Shown in pieces: positions 25,831 through 38,625 of a stretch of 64,000 nt of DNA (position 1 is the first letter of the stretch; each line of letters begins with the position of its first letter). Source of the DNA: Curvularia clavata (Eukaryota). Location: NCBI GenBank assembly GCA_023920165.1, contig CP089280.1, positions 124,001 to 188,000 on the forward strand, written 5' to 3'. The position numbers and the translations under genes were made by a program. Below the pieces are notes generated by a model. It saw nothing but the letters and a program-made list of their open reading frames with translations. It did no database searches and had not been told where the DNA came from.

Positions 25831-26463
25831 TCAAACAAACGCCCGCGTCACATTGACAGCCACACAGCTTGGATCCTCTGGAATGGCCGAGCCCAAGGCC
25901 CAGACGAGGTTGTTATATTGGTAGCTACTGTAGTAGGTGTTGCAAGCGTACCAGCGATAAAATTCCTGATAACTGCCGGTGTTGTTCTCGCCTCGGACGT
26001 AAGCCTGGAGTATCAAAAAGTCGTTGGAATCGAATGCAAGGAGTGTAGGTCTGTCACTGCCTGGACTGAGGATGGGAGTTGCTAGGGTAGAGATGGGGTC
26101 GTATTCAAAGGCTGCCGAGGATGAGACGTTCATGGTCGTGGTCGGTAGGTCCCACACCAGGATGCCGGGAACGGTAAGGGAGGCGTCTGGTGCCTGAGAG
26201 TACACGGAGGTGTTGAAGTAGAAGTCTGCCGCAGCGAGAGGAGAAGTGTTGCTCGGTGACTTTGCGTTGCTAAGGCAGAGTGATTCCAGCGCAGCACCGA
26301 CGTGGCAGGCACTCAGCGTGTCGTCGACCTTGCCATCCTGCGATTTCACGAGAAGGTGGAAAGGCTTGGAAGTGATGTTGTAAAACGGTTCAGAGACAGA
26401 GCAGTCTTGTGCGCTAGCAATGGCAGCTGCAGCAAGTGATAAGACGAGTGATGAGGCCTTCAT
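25831..26463 (-). CDS. Small secreted protein of unknown function (210 aa)
   Basis: Signal peptide MKASSLVLSLAAAAIASA; LSACHVGAALESLCL and YRWYACNTYYSSYQYNNLVWALG...PSCVAVNV; TATA-like TATATAAA upstream. Confidence 0.8.
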   Translation of the reverse strand: MKASSLVLSLAAAAIASAQDCSVSEPFYNITSKPFHLLVKSQDGKVDDTLSACHVGAALESLCLSNAKSPSNTSPLAAADFYFNTSVYSQAPDASLTVPGILVWDLPTTTMNVSSSAAFEYDPISTLATPILSPGSDRPTLLAFDSNDFLILQAYVRGENNTGSYQEFYRWYACNTYYSSYQYNNLVWALGSAIPEDPSCVAVNVTRAFV

Positions 26464-29048
26464 GTTGATGGTAGCCGAATAGGTTTGTAGGTAGCTTCTG
26501 TTGGTGGATTGTTGAAAGGCTTCCTCGAGGATGTAAGTACTGAGGTTGTAGTTCTCAGAGGCGGAACGACGGGAACTTTATAATAACCTTCGGCCCTGGC
26601 GGCTTCTAAATACGGGCAGCCTCGTTGTAACTTTCCATCCTAGGTGCCACCCTGCGTGACCAGTCAGATGTGTGACGGAAGCGGCAGTAAGCATGCCCTT
26701 AACGTTCTGCTAGCCGGTGGGCTTTGCCACTCCCGCGCAACCCCTCTCCAACCCAGCACCTGGCTTTCGTATCTAGGTCGCCGGGTTTCCCAATGGAGGG
26801 CTCTGCAGCCGAATCAAGGCAATCATAACTGGCGACTCCGCATTAGCGAGCGAAGCTCCCCCAGACTGCGGCAAGCCCATGCATGGGGCCACTGGCGCAC
26901 CCTTCTTCGTGTCTGCGACGTGGGATCTGCTGTCACTATGAAATCGATAGTTCCGGACCAGCCCTGCATTCACAAAAGAAGCAATTACGCGGCGAAAGCT
27001 GTTGGACGGGTGTGAGCCGGGTGCAATATGGATAGTGGCGGGTGCATCTCGGTTGGTGATGATTCAGCGTAGTACGAGTTGGTACGAGATAGATAAAGGC
27101 AGCGCGGGTGGTATGATGATGCTTCAATACAATCCTGCAATAGACCCTGTCTTAAGGCAATATCGAGAGTGCAACAGCGTACAAGGACGGTTCCGAGTCA
27201 TTCATGTGGCCAATGACGCAACGGAGATCGGCCTGGACAGCCAGCTAGCGTCCGAGCTTATCGATAATCACGCTTGTGACACGACCCGTGGTCCAGCCTC
27301 ATACCAACAGCCCCAGCTAATATCGTGAATGTCGCTTTCGACTATCTCAGCTTTTGGCCGTCCGCTTGCGTTTCGAAACGACCGCCTAGTTAGTGCCGCC
27401 TATACAAGCGCCGATCTACCGTAACTCTTTCACCTGAGGCGATAACCGCACAGAATGATGCATATATAAAAGTTCTAACTTCACTCAAACTATGGACCAC
27501 AATTGTTCCAAGGTACCGACACACATAAATGAGAATAAGAGACAATGCAGAGAAGTCATATCGTCTCATCCATAACACGCAATGCTCAGTCGCGGACATT
27601 GGCGTGGGACGTGTCACTGGAGCAAACACCTGCTCCAATGGTCTTCGTAAAACCATGCATACCCTCTCTCGCGCTCACGTAGTTGAGAGGTATCACTTCT
27701 TATACCGAAGTTCAAACACCAGTTGTTCGTCGTACTAACGGCGTCCAACCCCACTTTATATCCACTGGCACGGAGCATGGCGTGCGGCCCATCTTTGCTG
27801 GGTCATGCATCGGGCCGCTAGCATCTCGAGGACATCCGATGGCGTCAGATACCGTGATGTCCAAGTCATTCAGCAAAGGATGACACCAAAGCCATGACTG
27901 CCCACAACTGGTTGTTCCAATAAAGCGCCCTGGATCTCTGAGAGGCCACTATAGTTATGTGGAGTTGCAATTGGCCGTCAGCAAAGGCATAAACGTGAAA
28001 GGCGCGGAATGATGCCAGTAGCGTTCGTTGATTGACTGCATGGCTGGGTAAGCAGTGACAAAGATGGAGAACGGGTTGAGTAGCTATGGACAAGTCTGCT
28101 TTTGGTTGCGAGATGTTTATATGACCTGAGGAGAAGGCCAGGAAGAAGAGACTGGTAGTAACTTGCACGTCCAGGTGTAGTTGATGCCAAGCATTACACC
28201 TTGTCCTGTTAGTCGTCGCCAAGTCAACCATGTGGTGCATTGCCCAACTTTCCATTCTCAGGTACAGGCCAAGACGCAAGGCGAAGCAGATCCAATCAAG
28301 CCATCAGGACTTGAGAAGAATATCAACCAGTAAGAGATGAGCATTCACGAGTCACACGAAAACGGTTATTCGTGTCGGATATCTTGGATGGAGATGCCCA
28401 TAGCGTGATGTAGCGTACCCGAATGGACCGAATTCTGGTGGGGTCATGGCGAGACAAAGTTTGGAGAATGTTGGGCTGCACCGTAAACGCTGTGCACTCT
28501 CCAAGTATCCAAAGCGAATCAGAACAGCAAAACGTACCCGGCGTCTATAAAGGGCTCTGATTCACTTGATGATGATACAAATTGACTAGCAAGCTCTTTG
28601 TAAACATAGCAGACGAAGTGCAAGGCGATGTTGCGTACCAATGATTCTGTGGCGTATGCAGGGATGGCCACTCCCCACAGCACGTGCCCGGTCGCCAAGG
28701 CGCCAGTCGGATCGTCGTCATGTCTTGCTATGCCCGTCGCCTTCGTCGAAGATTCTGGTTTTTCCCATCTTGCTACATCAAAGTGTCTGCTCAACATTCT
28801 CACCGTCTGTTGTGCATTGTTACACATACCTGTTCACTGAGACTTACCACTGCAGCTGCTGCGTCTTCCAAAAGCCGGTGATGTCACACACACGGACCAT
28901 TTAAGCTTCGCAAACCGTTTCATTGGCTCCTGTTTCATCGAGTCCATCTCACCGCCAAACCAAAGGAACCGACGCGCATTTTTGATAGCTCGTCCAGACT
29001 TGAAATCTCCTCCGCTCCGGAAATTTGCATCTGTGAGAATCTTCAGCC

Positions 29049-30812
29049 ATGACTGACACGCCGCAAACAACGGCAGGCGCCAACCCCCAGGAGGCCAAGG
29101 TGCTCGAACGACATTTGGACCCCAGCTACGACTTCTCAGAATTTGACCCAGCAACACCAGAGGATGAGGCACAAGGAAGCTCTTCCAACTCCACTGACCG
29201 TCAGATGCCAGAGTCTTCATTGCGCCTACAGGGAGGCGACATACACCGTGACCTGTACAAGATTGCAGCGCAGAACAGACGCCAAAAGTTGCATCAACGA
29301 GCAGCAACTTTCTCGGAGCCGATTTACTATGGCGACCAACGTCGCCCTTCCAACTCTACTGTTGACCACGATGAGCTCCCCGTCCGAGATCAGCTTTTAC
29401 CAGGAGGACTCAGACGCCAGTATCTGCAACGGCAAAGCAAGCGCGTCAGCTACATCTCAGAGCCTGTGACACGAAACTTCATCTCCTTCCTCGCCCTCTA
29501 TGGCCAATTTGCCGGTGAAGATCTGGAAGAGTCAGACGATGAGTCTGCCTTGACGGACGAAGAGACGCCAGGTGAACGGAGACCGCTGCTTGGGCATCGT
29601 CAAAGCTCTAGGAGGCTCAGAGCCCAAGGCGACGCCAACCAAACCAAGACATTTTTCACCCTCCTCAAAGCCTTTATCGGTACCGGAATCATGTTTCTGC
29701 CCAAGGCGTTCAAGAATGGCGGAATGCTTTTCTCAACCATTACCATGGTCACCGTATCTGCCATCACAGCACTGTGTTTTGAGTTGTTGTTGGCCACTAG
29801 GAAGCGATATGGCGGTGGTGGTTACGGTGACCTGGGTAGCATTGTCGTTGGTCCTAGATTTCGTGCGCTCATTCTCGTCTCCATCACCCTCTCGCAGATC
29901 GGTTTCGTCTGCGCTGGTCTCATCTTCACGGCAGACAACCTTGCGTCCTTCCTCGATGCAGTCACTCGGGACAAGGCGCCGCTGTCGACAAACCAGCTCA
30001 TCGGTATTCAGATCGCAGTTTTGATCCCAATGTCGTTTATCCGCAACATCTCCAAACTCGGGCCCGCTGCTCTGCTTGCCGATGTCTTCATCTTGATCGG
30101 TCTGACTTATATCTACTGGTACGACATCTCTTGGATCTCCAAGATGGGCGGTTTCCATCCTTCTATCCAGCTCTTCAACCCTCGCGACTTTACCTTGACC
30201 ATCGGCTCGGCAATCTTCACTTTTGAGGGTATCGGCCTCATCCTTCCCATCCAGTCAAGCATGAAGGAGCCCGAGCACTTCAGCAAGCTACTCTACCTGG
30301 TCATGGTCATCATCACAGTCATCTTCACCTCCGTCGGCGTTCTTTGCTATGGTACATTTGGCAAGAACGTTTCTGTCGAGGTCATCACCAACTTCCCGCA
30401 GAGTAGCAAGCTCGTCAATGCTGTCCAATTCCTCTACTCCATGGCCGTTCTTGTTGGCACCCCTGTCCAGCTCTTCCCAGCTATGCGTAATATCGAACTT
30501 AAGATTTTCGGACGCGCCTCTGGCAAGCAGAGCACCACGACCAAGTGGAAGAAGAACGCCTTCAGGACCGTCTTGGTTATTGCTTGCGGCGCCATTTCCA
30601 TTCTGGGAGCCAGCGACCTCGACAAGTTTGTGGCACTCATTGGAAGTTTCGCTTGCGTGCCCTTGGTGTACATCTATCCTGCCTATCTGCACTACAAGGG
30701 AGTGGCGAACCGTCCCTGGGAGAAGATTGGTGATATTACCATGATGGCTGTTGGACTTGTTGCCATGGTTTACACTACCTCCATCACAATTGCCAGGTGG
30801 TCCGAGACGTGA
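29049..30812 (+). CDS. Vacuolar amino-acid transporter (Aa_trans family, Avt3/Avt4-like)
   Basis: SLRLQGGDIHRDLY, LYGQFAGEDL, LLKAFIGTGIMFLPKAF, FTFEGIGLILPIQ; multiple TM helices; intronless 587 aa. Confidence 0.92.
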   Translation: MTDTPQTTAGANPQEAKVLERHLDPSYDFSEFDPATPEDEAQGSSSNSTDRQMPESSLRLQGGDIHRDLYKIAAQNRRQKLHQRAATFSEPIYYGDQRRPSNSTVDHDELPVRDQLLPGGLRRQYLQRQSKRVSYISEPVTRNFISFLALYGQFAGEDLEESDDESALTDEETPGERRPLLGHRQSSRRLRAQGDANQTKTFFTLLKAFIGTGIMFLPKAFKNGGMLFSTITMVTVSAITALCFELLLATRKRYGGGGYGDLGSIVVGPRFRALILVSITLSQIGFVCAGLIFTADNLASFLDAVTRDKAPLSTNQLIGIQIAVLIPMSFIRNISKLGPAALLADVFILIGLTYIYWYDISWISKMGGFHPSIQLFNPRDFTLTIGSAIFTFEGIGLILPIQSSMKEPEHFSKLLYLVMVIITVIFTSVGVLCYGTFGKNVSVEVITNFPQSSKLVNAVQFLYSMAVLVGTPVQLFPAMRNIELKIFGRASGKQSTTTKWKKNAFRTVLVIACGAISILGASDLDKFVALIGSFACVPLVYIYPAYLHYKGVANRPWEKIGDITMMAVGLVAMVYTTSITIARWSET

Positions 30813-31208
30813 AGTGGAGACGCAAGAAGATGGAAACGAGGACTCGACGAGACGATGGATTTGAATGATATATTACAGTTGCATAGTATGTTTGAATTTG
30901 GCGTGGCGTTCTTAAGTGGGTTGGTTGATTTTTGAAAAATAGGTGAGGTCGTGCGTGTAGTCTATGTTGTTTTCAAGCGTGCATTTGGTGGTTGTTTTTG
31001 TTCACAAACTACGGTAATGTCATGTAGAAAAGAAAAAAATGGCGCGCTCTAGTCTTATTCTACTCGAGAGGACTAGGGGAGCATGTAGTTGTAGTACTAT
31101 GTAGAACAGTCAGCATCCATATCTTCTTCCTGAATATCCATTCCCAGAAACCTATTCACCTATCTCATCAATCTCAAGACAACATTCAGCGCACGCATAT
31201 ACAAAAAT

Positions 31209-31784
31209 TTATGCAGTCGTACTCCCCTCCATCAAAGCTTCCATATGCGTCGTCCGCCACACTTCATCCTCTTCCGCAAAGACAACGCGAAACCCCTGCT
31301 TCTCCCAAAAAGAAATCGCCCCAGGCAAAAATGGGTGCGTGTGCAGATACAACCGCACACTTTCTTCCTTTTCCTCTGCTGCGCACCGCTTAATCGCGTG
31401 CACAAGCTCAGACGCCAACCCGCACCGCCGATACTCCGGCACAACGAAGAGCCTTACGAGCTCGACGGTACGGCGCCCGTCGTTGTACTGTAGCAAGTGC
31501 GCGAAGCGGTCGTCATAAGGGACGTACCCGATCGTAGCTATAATATCTCCTCCTCTTTCTTCCTTGGTATTAAATTTCTCTTGCTCCGTTGCGGATGTAG
31601 TAAATTTTCTCGCGCACAGGAAGCATCCCGATTGGACCCAGCGCGCAACGTCATCTTCTAGTTGCGCATGTAGCTCGGGGAACATGGCGCGCCGCGCATG
31701 GTTGATGAAGCGTACGACTTCATTGGTGGTTGACGTCGTGACGGGCTCGATGCGCCAGTTTGGTGTAGAAAGAGGTTGTGGCAT
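31209..31784 (-). CDS. GNAT family N-acetyltransferase
   Basis: RLFVVPEYRRCGLAS acetyl-CoA motif, LYLHTHPFLPGAISFWEKQGF. Confidence 0.88.
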   Translation of the reverse strand: MPQPLSTPNWRIEPVTTSTTNEVVRFINHARRAMFPELHAQLEDDVARWVQSGCFLCARKFTTSATEQEKFNTKEERGGDIIATIGYVPYDDRFAHLLQYNDGRRTVELVRLFVVPEYRRCGLASELVHAIKRCAAEEKEESVRLYLHTHPFLPGAISFWEKQGFRVVFAEEDEVWRTTHMEALMEGSTTA

Positions 31785-32094
31785 GGCAGTATAATAGGGC
31801 TATTCTAAGTACATGGCGTGCAGGGGCTGTCCAACGGCATGGATGGATTTCTGGTGGACTATGACTAATGTGATAATTTCGAGTTTTTGAGAGTAGTGCG
31901 TCAATGGTGGGCGATGGGAATTGTACTAGTTTTTGAGGGGTTTTGAATTTTTCATCTTTTTTTGCCTTTGTACTTTTTCCGATCATGTAAGTATTTGTCC
32001 TGTGCATAAACTAATACTTGGATACAATTCCGAGGTTGTCCTTGCTTCCTGTGCTTCCATGCCTCTGCGCCATATTCTCGGCGATGGAGGCACG

Positions 32095-33761
32095 TCAAAC
32101 ATCGATAAGATTGCCAAAACTCATCGCAAGATTCGACACAGACTCCGTGCGGGGTTCTCCGGCCCTGCCAATTTCATCCTTTCCTTCTTGTTCTTCAGCC
32201 GGTTTGATCCATCGATCGACCCTGCGGTCAATCCCATGGTATTTAGCAGGCATCTTGCAGCGCAAGATGGTGCCGTCCTTGTTCACTTCGCAGTGACATA
32301 TATGGCCTCTCAAGCAATTGATAGAACGGCATTTGCCACCATCAGAACATGAATACCCTCTCCGCACAAAGCGGAGACAATAGCGTTCATTGAATGTAGC
32401 TGGGGTATGGTCGTATGTGCAATCCCGCTTATGGCATCCATGTCCCACGTGGAACCAGTGGCATAGCTCTCCTGTAGCGATGCGAGCCTTGTACTCACCC
32501 CACTGTTTTTCCGTGGGTGCTTTCATATGCAAATCGATGCGATAACCAGCCGCGTTGATGGGTATGGTTCCGGGTGGCCCTTTGAGAGGAAGCGGGGCTA
32601 GGTGAGCTGGAGGCGAGCGCAGCGATTGAGCACGGGTCGGGGAGGCCTTGATCTGGTCTTTTCCAACATTGGAGAGCGTTTGAGTGGCGTGTTTGTTCAC
32701 CTGGCGGCTCTTTGGTCTTGTCAGCGATTTCTCCCGTCTAGTGAAGGTTGCATCTATTGCAGAGAAAGTGGCACTTGCGTTGGGAGTTTTGAGTGGCTCT
32801 TTTGTGTCACCAGAAGCAACCTCCTTGATTCTCAGAAGCTCGAAGACTTCAGAGAAGATCACACTTGGTAAACCCAGACTTGTGAGACTTGTATCTTCGC
32901 GTCCTCGTTGGATCAGTGTGATCCTTTCGGTGGACATGAGGTTCTCCCTGAGCACACGTACGTACTGCGCGCTTCCACTAGCGCCAAAGACAATGTGCTG
33001 ACAAGAAGGGTCTTTGATACTCATTTTGAATAATTCTAGTCCACAGTTAGTTACTCTCATCAGGTTGATTGAGCGAGGTGGCATACCGCAAATCTTTCGC
33101 TCAACGGCAGCATCGTCAGCCACATCGACATAGTCGACGCAAGCATCATCTCGGGAAAAGCCTGCAGCAAACCCCCCGAGGCCGCGTGGGAAAGCGGGCA
33201 TTGCAAAGCCTGGCTGTTTAGCAGCGTACTCTTGTATGGAGTCGACAGAGAGTTTTTTGAGGTTTGCGTATACGCGAATCATAGTGCGGCAGGAGGATAT
33301 GTCACACTGTTTCGAATCGAAGTGCTCTGCAACCGCGTTTTTGAGTAGGGCGGCGGCCTTTATACCGCCACTCTCGGCCCCATGCACATAGCCTTCTCTA
33401 AACTGCAATCAGGGTTAGCAAAGGAACATTCAGGGCGGAGATTGGGCACACCTGGTGGCTTTTTGCGTCGACGAGCACAAGGATATACGACTGTGGGGCG
33501 TTTTTGTACGGGTCGGACTCTTTGAAATTTCCATTGCCAACGCCTTGGCATGCTTCATATCTCTCAAGCAGCTGGCGGTACTTGACGTCTTTTGCTTTGA
33601 GTGCCTCGCTGACTCTCGCGGTAGTTGCCTGAATCGTGTGTCAACAATAGAAATCAATTGTTAAGAGGCGTTGTAGTCACCTCGACGTCCTGTAACAGTT
33701 GCGCGGTGTCGTTTTGCTCAGTACCAACAGCCGGATACTCCAGCCCGGTGTTCTCGTACAT
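32095..33761 (-). CDS. CCCH zinc-finger protein with NYN/PIN-like middle domain
   Basis: ATG 33761; three introns read by eye; SYILVLVDAKSH, GGIKAAALL, IRVYANL, VDYVDV, CQHIVFG; C-terminal CHWFHVGHGCHKRDCTYDH and CSDGGKCRSINCLRGHIC. Confidence 0.75.
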
Positions 33762-35012
33762 GATTTTGGCACTCTTTTGTTGAGACGGGGACGGCGTACA
33801 TGAGTAGGAGTAGTTGCTGAAAGAGTGGAGAACTGAGGAGTAGCTTGTGTGGCCAGAACAAGCTTCTGTAATACGGAAGGAGCAACTACAGACCGCAACT
33901 TGGAGATATATTGCGTCATTTTGATTCATACGGTGTATTTGCGGGTGAATGCAAGGCAAGAACAATAGACCAACCATTTCAGCGTACACTACAAACAGGC
34001 CTTTCACATTCACCCCTCACATCTAGACGCATCATCTCGTGTGAATTGATTGCCGTATTCAATATCAGTGACAAACAAGATTCAATTGACTGCTGTTCTC
34101 AGCAGTCAAACGATGAGGTACGCCCACTGCTTGAACAGGAGAGGGCTGTCAGGATGTCGTGGAGGTCCATAATAGAGTTGAAGATGAGTGTGCCGCATAG
34201 CGAACATCGATTGATCATCAAGCAAAACAAGGCAGTTTATTCTTTGGTTCAGGGTATGGGACAGACGTCAAACCCTTCTCCCGACGTCACCATCGGGATC
34301 GTGTTGATTCTCGGCATCGTCGACTGCTGTTCCTAAGCTATTTATAGTTCATCGAGTACGGTGCATCTACACAGTAGAGCTGAATTCTGCTCCCGAAAAT
34401 GGGAAAGTGACAGTGCATGATACCCCAGAGTTGAGAGTACCCTGATTCATTAGAAGGCCGCGGCTAATCGATCCTTAGGTCGAGGCACAGAAGCTGTGAC
34501 AAAGATAGCCTGGCGGTCAGTGTTGAACGGCTACAAGCGATTCCCGGCGGAGAAGGGTGTATGTGAGCAGGATACCCAAGTACCAAAGCCCCACTTCCGA
34601 CTACAAATTCGAGCATTCGTAGGCGAAATCAAAGCATGTATTCTGGCTTCCCCTAAAATTAAGACTGTTATGTTGGATCCGAGTCGGCCATGGATGATGT
34701 AGCCGTCATGCCGCCATCTCAAAAGGGAGAGGCGGGACTTGGCGGCGCTTGGGCCAGCGCGATGTGCGGCCCACGCCGATTGTTTGGACTCGTTCCCGCG
34801 TCACAACATCCAAGGCTCAACACACGCACGACCAGACGACAACCCCCTCCCAGGATAGCTCTTTTTGCCTTTGGCATAGCTGCAATTGACCAGGAATATT
34901 CTGCATCGACATGTCTAGCTAGTCTAGATCACCCATCACCATTACCTGCAACGCGACTACGACCCCCGCGACGCGCTTCAACCAAGACAACCCTCCTCAC
35001 GACATATTCGCC

Positions 35013-38000
35013 ATGGCCGCACGCAGCAAAGCACCCACCATCGGGTCCGCTGGATGGATCCTAGAAGAGCGCCACCAGTCGACCACGCTGGTTGCTCAAG
35101 AACTCGAGGATTTTGGCTTCTCTGTGCGCAACGAGCTGGAATGGCTCAACGAGCACATGTTCGACATACTGGCCAGCGACAGGCAGTACGTCGCGTCCCC
35201 CGTGCGTGAGCGCGCCATAAGCTAACCTGCTGGCAGACCCAATCTCGACGTTTTCAAGACACCCGGCAAGCTACGCGGCAAGACACCTCGCACTGCACGC
35301 AAGAAGGCGGCCGATCGCCAGGCATGTTCCTTCCTTGTGCCTTTCTTTCTCCTGTACTAACAGCAGGCAGCCACTCGCCAGCATCAAATCCGCGAATTCG
35401 CAGCACATCCTGAGTCCTGCTGAACAGAGTCTGAGAAACGTAAAGGCTAGGTTCCAGATTGCCGAGGACGCGGCCAACACAGTCCGACAGTCGCCTGTCA
35501 CCCGCACACCAATTGCGCGGCAGCTCTTCACCAAGCCGGACAGTGCCGGCAAGGAAAACGTCAACAGCAGTTACCATGCTGATCTTTTTGAAAAGCGCCA
35601 GGCACATCCTGTCGCGGCGCTGCGCAGCCCTATCCAGTCAACCCAGGACACGGTCCTGTCATCACAACCCAGTGAGGTCTTCTCACCCATGCAGTCACAA
35701 GAGACGCAACCCACACAACCTGCCCAATCTTTCAGGTACTCGATAGACGGAAAACCAACGAAAAGCGACACAGGCGATTCATTCGTGTCTGCAAACGAAG
35801 GCTTTGCCAGCAAGAATTCGTCCCAGGATAACTCGCATGAAAAGGACGCCAGTGACATGGAACTGGACGGCGAGCGTTCGCGTTCTGACGCGCAGGACAC
35901 CATGCTCCATCACGAAATTTCCGACGCAGAGGACGCCGACATGGAAGACTTGCCCGAGTTCCCCGATCCGCCACGCGCTGTTTCCGAGCAGTACAGCATC
36001 TCTGCTGAGACTCATGACGCACCTGATACAGCAAACAGGCGCGCACTCGCCCCAGAGCCCAAGTACTTTGCGCCAGAACAATCTACAACGCCTGTCGGTC
36101 TGCCACCTACTCTTCCCGAAGCCAATGCTCACGATGACACTGTCTTGCACCACGATGTTGATGATCAGATGGACATTGATGATGACGTTCGCTCCCCTTC
36201 GGAGAACTCTAGCCCCGTAAAGCCGCTCGTTAGGAAGAGCAGTCTTACGTTCTCTTCTCTCCCTGCCCGCGAACCACTGCTACCCAAGAAGAGTATGGGC
36301 AATCGTGTATCACGTACAAGTCATCTCGATCAAAATAAGGCGCGTAACAGCCACATGGCAAGGTTCACTGGAGGCAAGAGCCTGGGAGGATCTCAAATTG
36401 CTTATCCTACCGAAATGCATCACGAGGACGATGACATGGACGTGGACACTGAGCACCCAGAACACCACAAAGAAGAAGCCGAGTCGACCAAAGCTCACAG
36501 CAAGACTTCAACACAGCGTCTATTCGAGCGCATCAATATGCTCAAACAGCAGAACGAGGCTCCAAAGCGAGTCAGCCAGACTATTGCTTCTGCACAGCCT
36601 TCGCAATCGCATGGATTCTCGACACTGCCAGATGAGGATGCCGCGCCTACACAGGCTACACAACCAGCATATCCAAGTCTTCCGGCTCCAGAACCCACAC
36701 AGGAAGACGACGACGACGATTGGATATCACCAGTGCGGACAACAGCCCCTGCGCCCAAATCTAGGCCCGCCATTGGCAAGAGTCACACTACCGAGGCTCA
36801 CCCATCTCCTCCTAAGCCCATACCTGCGAAGCTTACCTCAATCTCGAACCCAGACCTCACTGCGGATGCCGAATCGACTACCCCAGTTGGCTCGCCAACT
36901 AACAGACGATACATGGATGCACCCATCAGCGCATCAAAGTCCAAACTATACTCGGCATTCCGAGCAGCAAAGGACAAGCTCATTGGATCGACTGCCACCA
37001 GCGCCCAAGCCAAGATGGACACACTTAAAGAAAGCCCTGCACGGCCCAAAATGCCATTTCAAGATTCATCAGACGATGCGCTCAGCAGCCCTAGGCGTGC
37101 TGACAGGCCTGTCTCCATTTTCAGCCATATGCGCTCGCCCTCCAAGGACTCTGACAACTCTATCAAAAGTGGTAACAGCTCTAGCAGTCCTTTCAAGAGT
37201 GATGGCCGTCGGACTCGCAGCTCCACCGAGCGCGAGAAGGTGGAGAAGGAAACAAGAGAGAAGGAAGTCAGAGAAGCTAAGCAGCAGCAGCGCACTGAGG
37301 ATAAGCTCAAACAGATGCGCGAGAAGGAGCAGAGCAAGGCAGCAGCACACGCTCAGAAGGCTAGGGCTATGGGTGCAAAGACACCAACCGCAATGTCATC
37401 CCAGTCGAGCCTTCGGCTGCCAACCGCCACGGCCAATCTCAAGACTCCAATACAGGCCAGTCAGCCAGCTCAGCCAACTCCACAACAACCAATCGCCCGT
37501 CCTGGTGTCCCTCGATCAAATACGGCAACTTCGAGAGAAGAAGTTGACTCAGCTGAGGATATGCCACCACCACCTCCAAAGAGCTTGCTACCGACTACCA
37601 AGCCGACGAAGGCCCCTCTTCGAGAACCCAGGAAACTGGCGAAACCAGCCAGCAAGGACACTATTCCCAAAGCAAAGGCGCCACAGAAGATTATGGTCAA
37701 TTTGAAGAGCAGCCACTATGGTCAAGCACCTCCACCAGCCGCACGTCCGGCTACAGCGGCTGCCAGGCCTATTTCGGCAGCACCTCAAGTTGGACCCAAG
37801 GCTGCTACTACAGGAAGACAGACGCCAGGTGGAGCACCACGACCAGCCTCTGCTCTATCTGCCAAGTCTGGACCTTCCAAAACAGCTCAGCCTCTCGCCA
37901 AAGCACCAGCTGCCCGAACTGCTCGTCCTCAACCGCAACCTGTCGAGAAGGCCAAAGCTCCAGCTTCACAACCTGCACGAGCTGACCTTGGCACTGCAAG

Positions 38001-38625
38001 GCCTATGTCACGAATGCAGACTGTGCAAGATGCCAACCGCATCAACATTCCCCCAGTCAACCCTGCTAAGCCGCCTCCTAAGCGACAGTTCCCGGGCGAG
38101 GGCGACGAACCTTTGCAGCGCCCAGCTAAGCGTCCTTCGCAACTAGCAAAGACGCTCAACCCTATGACGCCAGCTCATGCGCAGTTTGCAAAGGGCAAGA
38201 TTCCTTTTGCGGAATCTACACACCAAGCGCAGTCTCAAGTCCCACAGATGCAATATCCTAATGGAGAGGATATCAAGCTGCCCGAAATTATGACTGATTC
38301 GGAAGACGAAGACTCTGACAACGAATTCGAGCCACCGAGCTGGGTCAACACGCCAAACCTACGCGAGATGCTCAGCAACCAGCAGCTCATGGATCCCGAG
38401 CACATTTTCGGACCCATTGCGCCGCTGGAAATGGAAAAGGTGTTCCCCAACAAAGAGCGACACAAACGGTTCCGCGAGCGTACCAGCAGCGCGTACTGGG
38501 CGAACGACGAGGTGACGGCTGAAGAGAAGCGCAAAGAACGTGAGGCGCGAGAGCGTCTTGTGCGCGACGGGGGCTGGACATACAACCCATCGCCGCTTCC
38601 CAAGCAATCTGGATCTTCTCGTTGA
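35013..38625 (+). CDS. Inner centromere protein (INCENP/Pic1/Sli15-like)
   Basis: N-terminal GSAGWILEE...VRNELEWLNEHM; FKTPGKLRGKTPRT; coiled coil; C-terminal IN-box LPEIMTDSEDED...PSWV..PNL...DPEHIFG...RFRERTSSAYW; introns 35186-35236 and 35322-35370. Confidence 0.88.

Noticed and set aside
26644..28904. Many short ORFs upstream of the amino-acid transporter
   Set aside because: No coherent gene model can be supported by eye
31209..31784. GNAT or amino-acid transporter as members of the peptide cluster
   Set aside because: More than 10 kb away and separated by housekeeping genes such as RPL6
36305..37705. 466-aa alternative-frame ORF inside INCENP
   Set aside because: Overlapping shadow frame with no motifs
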